Shown here: piece by piece, positions 9,367-18,371 of the stretch
Layout: each line of letters starts with the position of its first letter
How positions within the stretch are numbered: position 1 is the stretch's first letter
Source: Nostoc sp. PCC 7120 = FACHB-418
GTDB lineage: Bacteria > Cyanobacteriota > Cyanobacteriia > Cyanobacteriales > Nostocaceae
Direction: 5' to 3'
Length of the DNA: 32,000 nt
Assembly (NCBI RefSeq): GCF_000009705.1
Contig: NC_003272.1
Span: forward strand, 2,940,001 to 2,972,000
The notes under the pieces: model-generated
Databases searched by the model: none
Told to the model about the DNA's origin: nothing
The model's input: only the letters and a program-made list of their open reading frames with translations
Program-made: the position numbers and the translations under genes

Positions 9367-9906
9367 TTAAGACCACCAGGGTTCTTCACCGGTGCGGAAG
9401 TCGGTTTCAGTCCAAGAAGTTAAAACGATTTTGTCGTTTTCGGTTTTAGCGTGACTCAAAGCCAGAGACTTTGGTGCTGGACCGCGAACAACCTTACCAG
9501 TTGCATCGTATTGGGAACCGTGGCAAGGGCATTTAAATTTGTTTTCTGCCGCGTTCCAGGGGACGACACAACCCAAGTGGGTGCAAACGGCGTTGATGCC
9601 GTAATCTGTGATGGCTTCTTTGCTTTCTACCACGATATAGGTGGGGTCACCCTTGAGTCCTTGAACTAGAGTGCGATCGCCTACATTATGGCTTTCTAAA
9701 AATTTGCTGACGCTAACATCGTTGCCCAGCTCGTCTTTTGCTGTTGTACCGCCACCAGCGCCACCAGCAGCAGGTGGAATAAAGTAATTGACAACGGGAT
9801 ACAATGCACCCAGAGCCACACCAGTAACGGTTCCAAAAGTTAGCAGGTTCATGAACTGACGTCGCCCCATATCGGGAACGTCTACGGATTCAGAAAATTG
9901 AGCCAT
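9367..9906 (-). CDS. petC: Cytochrome b6-f complex Rieske iron-sulfur subunit
   Basis: The Rieske boxes CTHLGCVV and CPCHGSQY are present, with an N-terminal TM helix. It is immediately upstream of petA on the same strand. Confidence 0.97.
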   Translation of the reverse strand: MAQFSESVDVPDMGRRQFMNLLTFGTVTGVALGALYPVVNYFIPPAAGGAGGGTTAKDELGNDVSVSKFLESHNVGDRTLVQGLKGDPTYIVVESKEAITDYGINAVCTHLGCVVPWNAAENKFKCPCHGSQYDATGKVVRGPAPKSLALSHAKTENDKIVLTSWTETDFRTGEEPWWS

Positions 9907-10134
9907 AATCTACGCGCTCTTCGTGTATTTTGTTAAGCATTCGACAAGAGCGCTAAATGCTTGAGCAACTCCTGTCTGGTTGAAATGCTAACGCTTGTAA
10001 CGATGCTGTTATTCTTTGTTTCAAGATATATCTCGCATCCTTTCTGTTAGCATTACATTTCTTTATATCCTTATCATACTTGAGTTACGGAACTTAACGT
10101 CATAACTAAATGTAAAATCTGGTTGAGAAAAACT

Positions 10135-10443
10135 ATGACAGGACAGGAATTACGCCAACTATTGCTGGATAAATGGGGATACTCTTATGATGTCCAGTTT
10201 CGCCGGACACAAGGCAAGATATTTTTGCAAGTAATGTGGAAATATTTGGAGCAAGCTTCTTTTCCTATGAATGAAACCGAATATCAAGAACATCTTGATA
10301 GTGTCGCCAATTACCTTCATGCTTTAGGCGGTGCAGTCCAGGTGAAAACATTTATTACACAAACCAAAGAGCGCCCGCGACTCGGTAAAGCTGTGAGCAT
10401 ACCTCTAGATTTAGGTGAACGTGCTTCTGAATGGATTATCTGA
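10135..10443 (+). CDS. DUF3067-family conserved cyanobacterial protein
   Basis: 102 aa from the ATG at 10135 (MTGQELRQLLLDKWGYSYDVQFRR...), which I recognise as the DUF3067 layout. The TTG at 10123 in the ORF track is less likely. Confidence 0.7.
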   Translation: MTGQELRQLLLDKWGYSYDVQFRRTQGKIFLQVMWKYLEQASFPMNETEYQEHLDSVANYLHALGGAVQVKTFITQTKERPRLGKAVSIPLDLGERASEWII

Positions 10444-10544
10444 AAGATTAAGATTAGAAAGTGGTGATTATTAAGGAGTCCTAAAATAATTTTTTATAAT
10501 TTCGGCTACAGGCTATAAAACTCTCTTACCTAAAGGGACATCTC

Positions 10545-10740
10545 TATAGGAGTCCGATTTGATTTCTGTTGGCGTAGCCTGCGCTTACGCATAAAATTCT
10601 CAGTATCTGCAGGGTGGGCAATGCCCACCAAAACCATGAGCCGGTGGGCATTGCCCAACGCCACTTGCTCCAAGCCGGGAAACCCGTCCAACGCAGTGGC
10701 TCCCCTACGTGTATTTCAAAAATCAAGTATGAGTCCTATA
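10545..10740 (+). mobile_element. MITE-like dispersed repeat, family 1, copy 2 (about 196 bp)
   Basis: The TIRs TATAGGAGTCCGATTTGATTT ... AAATCAAGTATGAGTCCTATA match at 17 of 21 positions. It shares end and internal blocks with 2778-2987. It carries two tandem 17-nt palindromes of the GGTGGGCAATGCCCACC type. Confidence 0.75.
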
Positions 10741-11209
10741 TCTGGCTGAGTTAAAGCAACTTCATCATCATTTAAAAATACCACTAACACAAAAACTTCA
10801 GATAGAAAATCAGCTATCTGACATGGGGAAAAATTAGTCACAGATAATATTAATCTATTGATTGATATTATCTTTTGACTGATAAAGTTTGATAATTTGG
10901 GCGCTAGATTTTTTAATGCCCAAATCACCAAAACCTATCTATAGTTCGTATGCTGGTTTTCGTGCTTTAGAAAATTCCTCTACATTTAATCACTTTGCTA
11001 ATACGAATCTCAACTTTTTCTAAGGTTTCATTACTAATTTTATTAACTTTTTCAGTTGGGATTTCAAGCGAGGTAGGAATTCAGAAATCAGAATTAAAAA
11101 TGATATAAAATCAAGAAATCCTCGTAGTTTTTGTTTTCTTCAAAATACTAAACCGAAGATATCAAAACCTGATATATCCTGACTTCTGAATTCTCCCGTC
11201 GCAGGTTTT

Positions 11210-12004
11210 TCATTTACCTGTGAGCTTCACTACACCAATACCACCAAAGTAAAGGGCAAGCACCGCGCCCGCCAAAAGACTTTGAGTTAAGGGGTCAGTA
11301 GAAGGTGTAAGTACAGCACCTAAAACTACGGCTGCCATAATTACAAATCGCCAGCCAGAAACCATTCTTTGGGATGAAACAATCCCTAAATTAGCTAGTA
11401 AAAGTTGAATTATGGGAACTTGGAAAGCCAACCCAGTACTAAATAAAAGCAATAGTACAAATTCAAAATATTTGTCGATAGACCAGAGTTGTTCCACAAC
11501 ATCCGCGCCGTAACTGATGAAAAAATTCAAAGCGGCGGGAATCAAAAGTAAATAAGCAAAGACTAAACCGCCGGCAAACAGCACGCTTGACCCTAAAACA
11601 ATAGGCCCAAGTAGACCACGTTCGCGCCGAGTCAATCCAGGAAGAACAAACAAAATAATTTGGTAGAGAATGAAGGGACTAGAAAGTAACAAGCCAGTGT
11701 AGCCTGCAACTTTGAGAGAAACAAAGAAATATTCTCCGGGGGCTAACTGGAGAAATTTAACACCTTGGGCTGGGACTTCTAGTAACTGAACAATTGGCTT
11801 GACAGCGAAGAAGCAGCCAACTACACCCACTGCTACGGCAATCAGTGAATAAAAGATGCGCTGTCTTAATTCTTCTAGGTGGTCGAATAGAGACATTTCG
11901 ACTTCACCAGGCAACTCATCGGGAGAATCAATATCTGAGTTGCCGTATCCTTCTGTATCAATCTCAGGAGTGGTTATTGTATCTACTTCTTGTGAGGGGG
12001 TCAT
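11210..12004 (-). CDS. tatC: Twin-arginine translocase subunit TatC
   Basis: 264 aa and polytopic. It has the TatC N-terminal motif [14 protein letters not shown], followed by six hydrophobic segments. Confidence 0.93.
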   Translation of the reverse strand: MTPSQEVDTITTPEIDTEGYGNSDIDSPDELPGEVEMSLFDHLEELRQRIFYSLIAVAVGVVGCFFAVKPIVQLLEVPAQGVKFLQLAPGEYFFVSLKVAGYTGLLLSSPFILYQIILFVLPGLTRRERGLLGPIVLGSSVLFAGGLVFAYLLLIPAALNFFISYGADVVEQLWSIDKYFEFVLLLLFSTGLAFQVPIIQLLLANLGIVSSQRMVSGWRFVIMAAVVLGAVLTPSTDPLTQSLLAGAVLALYFGGIGVVKLTGK

Positions 12005-12419
12005 GGCTCAGGTGGTAGGCAACATTTGCTAACTATTGTATCTGGGGAAGCAGCTACCACGATAGAAGAAACCCATTCAAAGCTAAAATTTACAGATTGG
12101 GCGAGGATGAACAGAAAAATATGTCAGACTATAAGAATATGGGGAAGTAATCCACTCTTGACTCTGCACTTGGAAAAAATACTTGCTCCGTGAGTTTAGA
12201 TAACAACTGCTACGACAAAAGCAGGAAAAATTAATTTTTTCATCACGTCTCTGCGAACAGCAGCATTAAGTAACTTGAGATAGCATCAATTATTACAATG
12301 TACAGAGTTTCTAAACTCCGGTTCACCAGGTGGCATCTACAGAACATAACGATAGGCTCTCCTTGCTATTTTCGCAGAGCTTCCACTGTAGGTGATTGAA
12401 AATTTTTGCTGAGGTTGGG

Positions 12420-12650
12420 ATGAATAGGCGGATATACATTAGCCTCATGGCATTACCTATGTGTTTTTCTAATGCCGGGGTCAATCTTGTTAGTGATAGT
12501 AATGTTTCAAGTTTCGTGACTCAGGTGTTGAGTAAAACTGCTTTGACTGCTGATAGCAAAAATACTCAATCACAGATAATTCCGTGGCAACTATCAGCGA
12601 GAGACGAGCAAACAGGAGAGTGCTTGCGTCAGCGTAAATGTAAAGATTGA
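12420..12650 (+). CDS. Hypothetical small protein with a signal-peptide-like N-terminus (weak call)
   Basis: The ATG at 12420 is preceded by GAGG. The product is MNRRIYISLMALPMCFSNAG... I recognise no family, and the ORF sits in a 0.9-kb gap that is otherwise ORF-free. Confidence 0.3.
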   Translation: MNRRIYISLMALPMCFSNAGVNLVSDSNVSSFVTQVLSKTALTADSKNTQSQIIPWQLSARDEQTGECLRQRKCKD

Positions 12651-12940
12651 AAGAAAATTATTCTATAAAAACTGCACTCACAGTTTATTTTACTATTTCC
12701 CTGATTTGGGTGTTATAATAGGAGGCTGTTGGCTATTTAACTGGTTAATTGAGTACTCCCCTACACCACTCGTAGGCAAAATATCCGTAGCAGGATTAAG
12801 GAAAAATCGAATTTATACCCAGTTTGGTACTTTATCAGGCTTAAAATCAGGCTGATAAAGTGCAATCAAATAGACAAGTAGACATAACACCTACTTTTAG
12901 GTGACAAAACAACTGGGTATTGAAGGTTACTGTGTTAGTG

Positions 12941-13438
12941 TCAAAGTCCTATAACATATTTTTGCCACTCTTGATGCAATCCACTTTTGAGATGCTTGCT
13001 GACCTCAAAATAGAGACTGCTATAGGGTTGACGAGGAAGATGGCGCAAAGGCATACGTGCCTCTTGGGGTGTGCGACTGCCTTTTTTGACATTGCAACGC
13101 ACGCAAGCCGTTACAATATTTTCCCAGCTATCGCCACCGCCGCGCGATCGCGGATTTACATGATCCAGTGTCAATTCGTCCCCGGTATAGCCACAGTATT
13201 GGCAAGTATGTCCGTCACGATGCAATATATTGCGACGGGTCAGAGGAATTTCTTTATACGGAACGCGGACGTAATGACGCAACCGGATTACAGTTGGTAA
13301 CGGAAAGTCCGAGTAAAGGAACCTACCGTTATGTTCAACGCGTTCTGCTTTGCCTTTGATTAACAGAACTACAGCGCGTCGCCAGCTCGTTATATTGAGC
13401 GGTTCGTAAGAGGCGTTTAGGACTAAAACCTTACCCAT
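12941..13438 (-). CDS. HNH endonuclease family protein
   Basis: 165 aa with CQYCG...LTLDHVNPRSRGG...WENIVTACVRCNVKKG (an HNH/zinc-finger core). Confidence 0.85.
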   Translation of the reverse strand: MGKVLVLNASYEPLNITSWRRAVVLLIKGKAERVEHNGRFLYSDFPLPTVIRLRHYVRVPYKEIPLTRRNILHRDGHTCQYCGYTGDELTLDHVNPRSRGGGDSWENIVTACVRCNVKKGSRTPQEARMPLRHLPRQPYSSLYFEVSKHLKSGLHQEWQKYVIGL

Positions 13439-13913
13439 TGATCAGCGCTCAAGGTATTAGTTTTACATATATTAACACGATTTTCCTCTTCTTGGGAGAG
13501 GAGGTTAAAGTATACTTCCGCAATAATTGAGTAATTGATCCTGTCGGTTATTGGTAATGGCTCAGAACCCCTATTAATTGGCTATTACCTCAGTCAAAAA
13601 CAGAAGTTTAGCTCTTATTACTGCTAGTTATTAGTAGCAAAAAGAACCTGTTAATTTTAATTAAGAGGTGGAGTATTGAGTAAAATACACTAGGTTCCAG
13701 TCTCTAACCCCCTCCCTGATCAACATCTGAACGAGAAAATTTCAAAATTTTACTCAAGTATGTTGTATCTGTTGCGAAATGCGAGTTAAACTTCCTGATT
13801 AACTCTGATGTGGCTATAAAACCAATTCGCAATAGCCTGCGGCAAGGCTAACGCCAACGCAATTCGGAATAAATACGCATTTAAAAAGCAGTGGTGTGAT
13901 AAGGGGGAGTGAA

Positions 13914-15101
13914 ATGTTAAGTCGCCAACAAGCCTCAAGTATGGCTTCTCATCAACAATGTGATACCTATGCTTGGTTTTCACAACGCGCTTGGGTAGAA
14001 ATTGACCTAGAGGCGTTGTCGCACAATGTCCAGCAACTTAAGCAGTTTTTATCACCGCGTACTCAGTTAATGGCAGTAGTTAAAGCAGATGCTTATGGTC
14101 ATGGTGCTGTGACGGTGGCACAGACAGCATTACAAGCGGGGGCTAGTTGTTTGGGTGTCGCCACTGTTCCAGAGGGTATTCAATTGCGAGAGGCCGGTAT
14201 TCAAGCGCCCATTTTGATTTTAGGGGCTACCCATACACCAGAACAAATTCAGGCGATCGCTCAATGGCAACTCCAAGCAACTATTGGTAGTCCCAAACAA
14301 GCTTTAATATTTTCCAATACCTTGGAAACCATCCAGCATGATTCTCCTATACCTGTACATATTAAGTTAGATACGGGTATGTCTAGACTGGGTACTAACT
14401 GGCAACAAGCAGGGGAGTTTGTACAGTTAGTAGAGCGTTTACCCCATTTGGATATTGCTAGTGTTTACTCCCACCTAGCGACCGCAGATAGCCCAGATCC
14501 AGGGATTATGGAAGAACAGCATAGAAGATTTGAGGAGGCGATCGCTCAAATCAAAACTTTGGGTATTAAAATTCCTAGCCTGCATTTAGCAAACTCGGCT
14601 GCAACCCTGGCAGATCCGAGATTACACTATGATATGGTACGGGTAGGTTTAGCCGTGTATGGACTCTATCCAGCCCCTCATTTACAGAATAAAATCAGCC
14701 TAAAACCAGTCATCCAAGTCCAAGCGCGAATTACCCACGTCAAAACAATTGCTGCCGGTACTGGCGTAAGCTACGGACACCAATTTATAGCCCCTCATGA
14801 AATGCGCCTTGCCGTTGTGAGTATTGGTTACGCTGATGGCGTACCGCGTAATCTATCCAACAAAATGCAGGTTTTAATTCGTGGTCAACGAGTGCCACAA
14901 ATCGGTGCTATCACGATGGATCAGTTGATGATAGATGCTAGTGCTTTACCAGACCTACAAGAAGGGGAAATTGTCACCTTACTTGGGAAACAAGGAAAGG
15001 AAAAAATCACAGCCGATGATTGGGCAGAAGCGTTAAACACTATTTCCTGGGAAGTTCTTTGTGGATTTAAACATCGCCTACCTCGTGTAGGCGTGATGTG
15101 A
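13914..15101 (+). CDS. alr: Alanine racemase
   Basis: The PLP-lysine motif is VVKADAYGHG. The C-terminal domain has GYADGVPR and ITMDQLMID. The ATG at 13914 has an AAGGGGGAG Shine-Dalgarno and is preferred over the GTG at 13896. Confidence 0.93.
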   Translation: MLSRQQASSMASHQQCDTYAWFSQRAWVEIDLEALSHNVQQLKQFLSPRTQLMAVVKADAYGHGAVTVAQTALQAGASCLGVATVPEGIQLREAGIQAPILILGATHTPEQIQAIAQWQLQATIGSPKQALIFSNTLETIQHDSPIPVHIKLDTGMSRLGTNWQQAGEFVQLVERLPHLDIASVYSHLATADSPDPGIMEEQHRRFEEAIAQIKTLGIKIPSLHLANSAATLADPRLHYDMVRVGLAVYGLYPAPHLQNKISLKPVIQVQARITHVKTIAAGTGVSYGHQFIAPHEMRLAVVSIGYADGVPRNLSNKMQVLIRGQRVPQIGAITMDQLMIDASALPDLQEGEIVTLLGKQGKEKITADDWAEALNTISWEVLCGFKHRLPRVGVM

Positions 15102-15181
15102 TTGTTACGAATTTTTAACTAATACCTATTATCTATTGCCTATTCCCTGAGATAAAGTGCTATACTAGTATAGTTGCATAA

Positions 15182-15263
15182 GCGGATGTGGCGGAATTGG
15201 CAGACGCGCTAGATTTAGGTTCTAGTTCCGAGAGGAGTGAAGGTTCAAGTCCTTTCATCCGCA
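15182..15263 (+). tRNA. tRNA-Leu (anticodon UAG), class II with a long variable arm, no encoded CCA
   Basis: The acceptor GCGGATG pairs with CATCCGC, with discriminator A. The anticodon stem is CTAGA/TCTAG with loop TTTAGGT. The variable arm is TCCGAGAGGA. The T arm is GAAGG-TTCAAGT-CCTTT. Confidence 0.9.
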
Positions 15264-15282
15264 CTATAGTTCATAGAATAAT

Positions 15283-15330
15283 AAAAGGGGTTTCAGATAA
15301 ATATTAGTCTTGAAGCCCTTTTTATTATTT
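15283..15330. terminator. Imperfect bidirectional terminator hairpin between tRNA-Leu and the convergent ATPase gene
   Basis: AAAAGGGGTTTCAGA (15283-15297) pairs with TCTTGAAGCCCTTTT (15308-15322): 15 positions with 2 mismatches. T-rich runs follow on both strands. Confidence 0.6.
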
Positions 15331-15374
15331 AAATTTTTATTGTCAAATCCTTAATATCGAATAAAACTTCAAAA

Positions 15375-16703
15375 TCACAAGCTAAATTCAGCTGCATTAT
15401 CTTCATCTACACCGATATCTTGACCCACAGCAGTAGGTTTAAAACTAGAACTATGAACTAGCTCGCTAAACTTAATGTTTTGATTGTGGTGTAGGATGTT
15501 CAACACACTAATAAAATCCCTAACAATTTCTCCTGGTGTTAATAAGGCTTCTGCGCCTAAACGACCGACGATTTCCTTGACAAATTCTTGTAATTCCTTG
15601 TTGGTCAAAATCTTGTCATAACCAAAATGGAGGGCGTGAATTTCCGTTAAACGTTGCAAAAGTGTCAGAATTTCTGCTTCACTTAAAGGATTAAGGCGGA
15701 TGACTGGCCCAATAAACTCTTGTATATCGCTTTGTTGCACAAAGCGGCTCTCTTTTGTGCGTCTACGCCAAGCTTGGTCTGCAAAAAGTCCTCGATTCGG
15801 GTCTTCTAAAAACTTTGTTGTCCCACCTATAACAATACCTAAATGTTCTGCTTTACACTGCATAGTGTCATTAAACATTGCTAGTAATCTGTTATAGTTC
15901 TTCTCACGAGTAACTGTAGTAGATATTTGGTAGAGGTTCACTGCTTCATCCATTAAAATCAGCAATCCTTTATAACCAATCTCTGCCACGAATTTAGCTA
16001 AGAGTTTAATATAGTCATACCAACTATCATCATCAATAATTACCCTTACGCCTAAAGCTGTCCTGGCTTCAGTTTTAGTATTAAATTCTCCCCGTAACCA
16101 ACGCAGTGCAGAATTTTTTAAATCATCATCGTCTAAGCGGTAGCCACGCCAATAAGCAACAATAATGCTACCAAAATCAAACCCATGAACTAAGTCTTCT
16201 ATATACTGAACAACTTCTCGAATTTTGGCTTCTACTTGGTCATCAAAACCCTCATCATTGGGACGTAGCTGAGTTTCTTTAACTACCTCTTGCTGAATTT
16301 TGTTAATCCATCCTTCTAGAATTGAAACTAACGCACCACCATCAGGACGGGTTTTGGTGGAAAGGCTACTCATCAATTCTCGATAGGTTGCTAGACCTTC
16401 ATTGTTGCTTCCTGCTAGGCGATGTTCCGAAGATAAATCAACATCACCAACTACAAAACCTTGCTCCATTGCTCGGTTACGAACCATCTGGAGGATAAAG
16501 CTTTTTCCCGCGCCATAGTTACCAATGATAAAACGAAATGCTGCTACACCTTCGGCAATATCATCGAGATTTTGTAATAGGCTTTTAAGTTCTTTTTCTC
16601 GACCAACTGCTATGTGTTCTACTCCTAATCTGGGTACTACTCCTGCACCTAGTGAATTAATCAAAGCAGTTGAAGTTTTTTTCGGGATTTTGAGCTTTGC
16701 CAT
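15375..16703 (-). CDS. P-loop ATPase of the DUF2791 / BrxD-like family
   Basis: 442 aa from the ATG at 16703 (the track's TTG at 16733 is less likely). Walker A is GNYGAGKS (16500-16523) and Walker B is LLILMDEA. The overall layout, including the C-terminal LTPGEIVRDFI block, is recognised as BREX BrxD/DUF2791-type. The family call needs an HMM check. Confidence 0.8.
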   Translation of the reverse strand: MAKLKIPKKTSTALINSLGAGVVPRLGVEHIAVGREKELKSLLQNLDDIAEGVAAFRFIIGNYGAGKSFILQMVRNRAMEQGFVVGDVDLSSEHRLAGSNNEGLATYRELMSSLSTKTRPDGGALVSILEGWINKIQQEVVKETQLRPNDEGFDDQVEAKIREVVQYIEDLVHGFDFGSIIVAYWRGYRLDDDDLKNSALRWLRGEFNTKTEARTALGVRVIIDDDSWYDYIKLLAKFVAEIGYKGLLILMDEAVNLYQISTTVTREKNYNRLLAMFNDTMQCKAEHLGIVIGGTTKFLEDPNRGLFADQAWRRRTKESRFVQQSDIQEFIGPVIRLNPLSEAEILTLLQRLTEIHALHFGYDKILTNKELQEFVKEIVGRLGAEALLTPGEIVRDFISVLNILHHNQNIKFSELVHSSSFKPTAVGQDIGVDEDNAAEFSL

Positions 16704-16937
16704 GTATTTTTCTGTACGGGATATCGATGCCAATTTTATAGCGATGAGTGGGGATTTAAATTTATTAGTCTCTAGTCCCTAGCCGCTTTTTATTGTATGT
16801 TGTGGTGCAACCCTTTAAATAATTAGAATAACATCATGCTTTTGTTGGATAATTTCCAGTCTATATGTATATAGGTTCTGGCAATAATTACACCATATTT
16901 TTATAAAAATTTTACGATGAGCTAGGGATATTAAATT

Positions 16938-18218
16938 TCAGGATGCGTATCTAGCTATTAGATGTTCATACAATGCGACTATATTTCTGACATTGGTTAT
17001 ATGTTCTGCGTAAATCTTTGGTACGTCTAGATCGGTTTCAATTATTAATTCACCAATAGTATCATTAGCTCGCTCATTGATAGAATCAATCAGCAAATTC
17101 GGCATAGTGATGTTAGCTTCAGCAATTTTTTTGATCGATGCTTGGGGATTATCTTGCCCGATTATAATTTTTAATACTTGAATTTCATGACTAGGTAACT
17201 GCTTTAATAAAGTATGCCATTCTTCAGGCAAAGCTTGGGACGTATCATTTTTAGCATCTATTTTATCTAAATTTTCGAGAATATCTGAAAAGGAAAAAAA
17301 TGTTCCTTCTTGTTCTGATGTATTAATAGAAATAGGTTCTTGATTAACGGTTTCTATTTGTTGTAAGAGTTCCCAAACTTGATTTTGCAGGATGTCTCGT
17401 TCTTGTTGCAACAAAAAGATTTCATTTTGGATTTGTTGTAATTCATTGTGGCGTTCTGTTTTTTGAATTTGTAAATAGTCAATATTTGCAGCTAGGCTTT
17501 CCTGTTCATTGCTCGTATCTAGAAGTATTTGAGATTGCTTGCTTTTCTCTAACTCTAAATCTTGAATATTAATTCGCAGTTCATAAAGTTTTTCTTCTAA
17601 TTGAGGTTTTATCCTTCCTAGCAAAGTAATACTGTTTTCAAGTTCTTGTTTTTCTTGATTTAGATCACTAATTTGATTTCGTAACTGGGTAATTTCTGCC
17701 CGACAAACATGATGGTTAGATTCTAATCTACGTTTTTCTGATGCCAGTGTAGATAAGGAATTGTTCAGTTCTATTTGATTTTCTTCCAAGCTGCAAATTG
17801 TAGATTTTAGGTTAGCAAGCTCCGATTCTATCTGTTTCCTTTGACTGGCAAAAATTCCTAAATCTCGATGCAAACTATCTCTTTGATTACGGCTATCTAA
17901 AATTTGATTTTTTAGCTGCTGTGACTCTGTGTATAATAAACTGCGATGGGTCTCTAGTTGTTCAATTTCTCTGGCTAGCCTGGACTTCAGTCCCTCGGTT
18001 TCTTGAATGCGTTTACGGAGTGAACTTAAAAGTAATAGTTCATAATTCCTCCGTCGCTTATCTACAAATAAGGCGGCTGCATAAGTAGCTACTACTGTAA
18101 TTACACCTGTGAAAAAAGCTTGACTAAAATTCCATTTGGGAACTAGGCTCAAACCAAAACTCACACTAAAGGCAACTATGCCTAAAATAAATCGATTACT
18201 TACTATGACTTGTTGCAT
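16938..18218 (-). CDS. Membrane-anchored coiled-coil protein with an acidic C-terminal TerB-C-like domain
   Basis: 426 aa. Two hydrophobic helices span about res 10-28 and 33-53. About 240 aa of heptad-like Q/E/L/N-rich sequence follow (res 58-300). The C-terminal ~95 aa (LPEEWHTLLKQLPSHEIQVL...MPNLLIDSINERANDTIGELIIETDLD) resemble my memory of the TerB-C profile. The gene is AT-rich. Confidence 0.7.
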   Translation of the reverse strand: MQQVIVSNRFILGIVAFSVSFGLSLVPKWNFSQAFFTGVITVVATYAAALFVDKRRRNYELLLLSSLRKRIQETEGLKSRLAREIEQLETHRSLLYTESQQLKNQILDSRNQRDSLHRDLGIFASQRKQIESELANLKSTICSLEENQIELNNSLSTLASEKRRLESNHHVCRAEITQLRNQISDLNQEKQELENSITLLGRIKPQLEEKLYELRINIQDLELEKSKQSQILLDTSNEQESLAANIDYLQIQKTERHNELQQIQNEIFLLQQERDILQNQVWELLQQIETVNQEPISINTSEQEGTFFSFSDILENLDKIDAKNDTSQALPEEWHTLLKQLPSHEIQVLKIIIGQDNPQASIKKIAEANITMPNLLIDSINERANDTIGELIIETDLDVPKIYAEHITNVRNIVALYEHLIARYAS

Positions 18219-18371
18219 ATTGCTGATTTTTAGCGTAGTTAAGCTTTTTGACTGAGCAGCGTTGCCAATGATTACTCTTCATATTTTGGTGTTAGTCACT
18301 CTAGTTGTAAGTGTTTGTGGATGAGATTGTTGTGAAAGTAACAAAATATTGAAATCATGCAACAATTATTT

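Noticed and set aside
12920-13359. Plus-strand ORFs (12920-13300, 13168-13359) overlapping the HNH endonuclease gene.
   Set aside because: They are antisense to a gene with a clear HNH/zinc motif. They start at non-ATG codons and resemble no family.
13786-13983. A 65-aa minus-strand ORF overlapping the alr start region.
   Set aside because: It overlaps the alr 5' end and promoter region. It has no Shine-Dalgarno and no recognisable features.
15182-15263. A group I intron in the tRNA-Leu gene, as is known for cyanobacterial tRNA-Leu(UAA).
   Set aside because: This gene has anticodon UAG and a continuous 7-nt anticodon loop. The cloverleaf closes without any insertion.
16525-16782. An 85-aa plus-strand ORF, and the 15700-15897 ORF, both antisense to the DUF2791 ATPase gene.
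   Set aside because: They are shadow ORFs inside a gene with clear Walker motifs.
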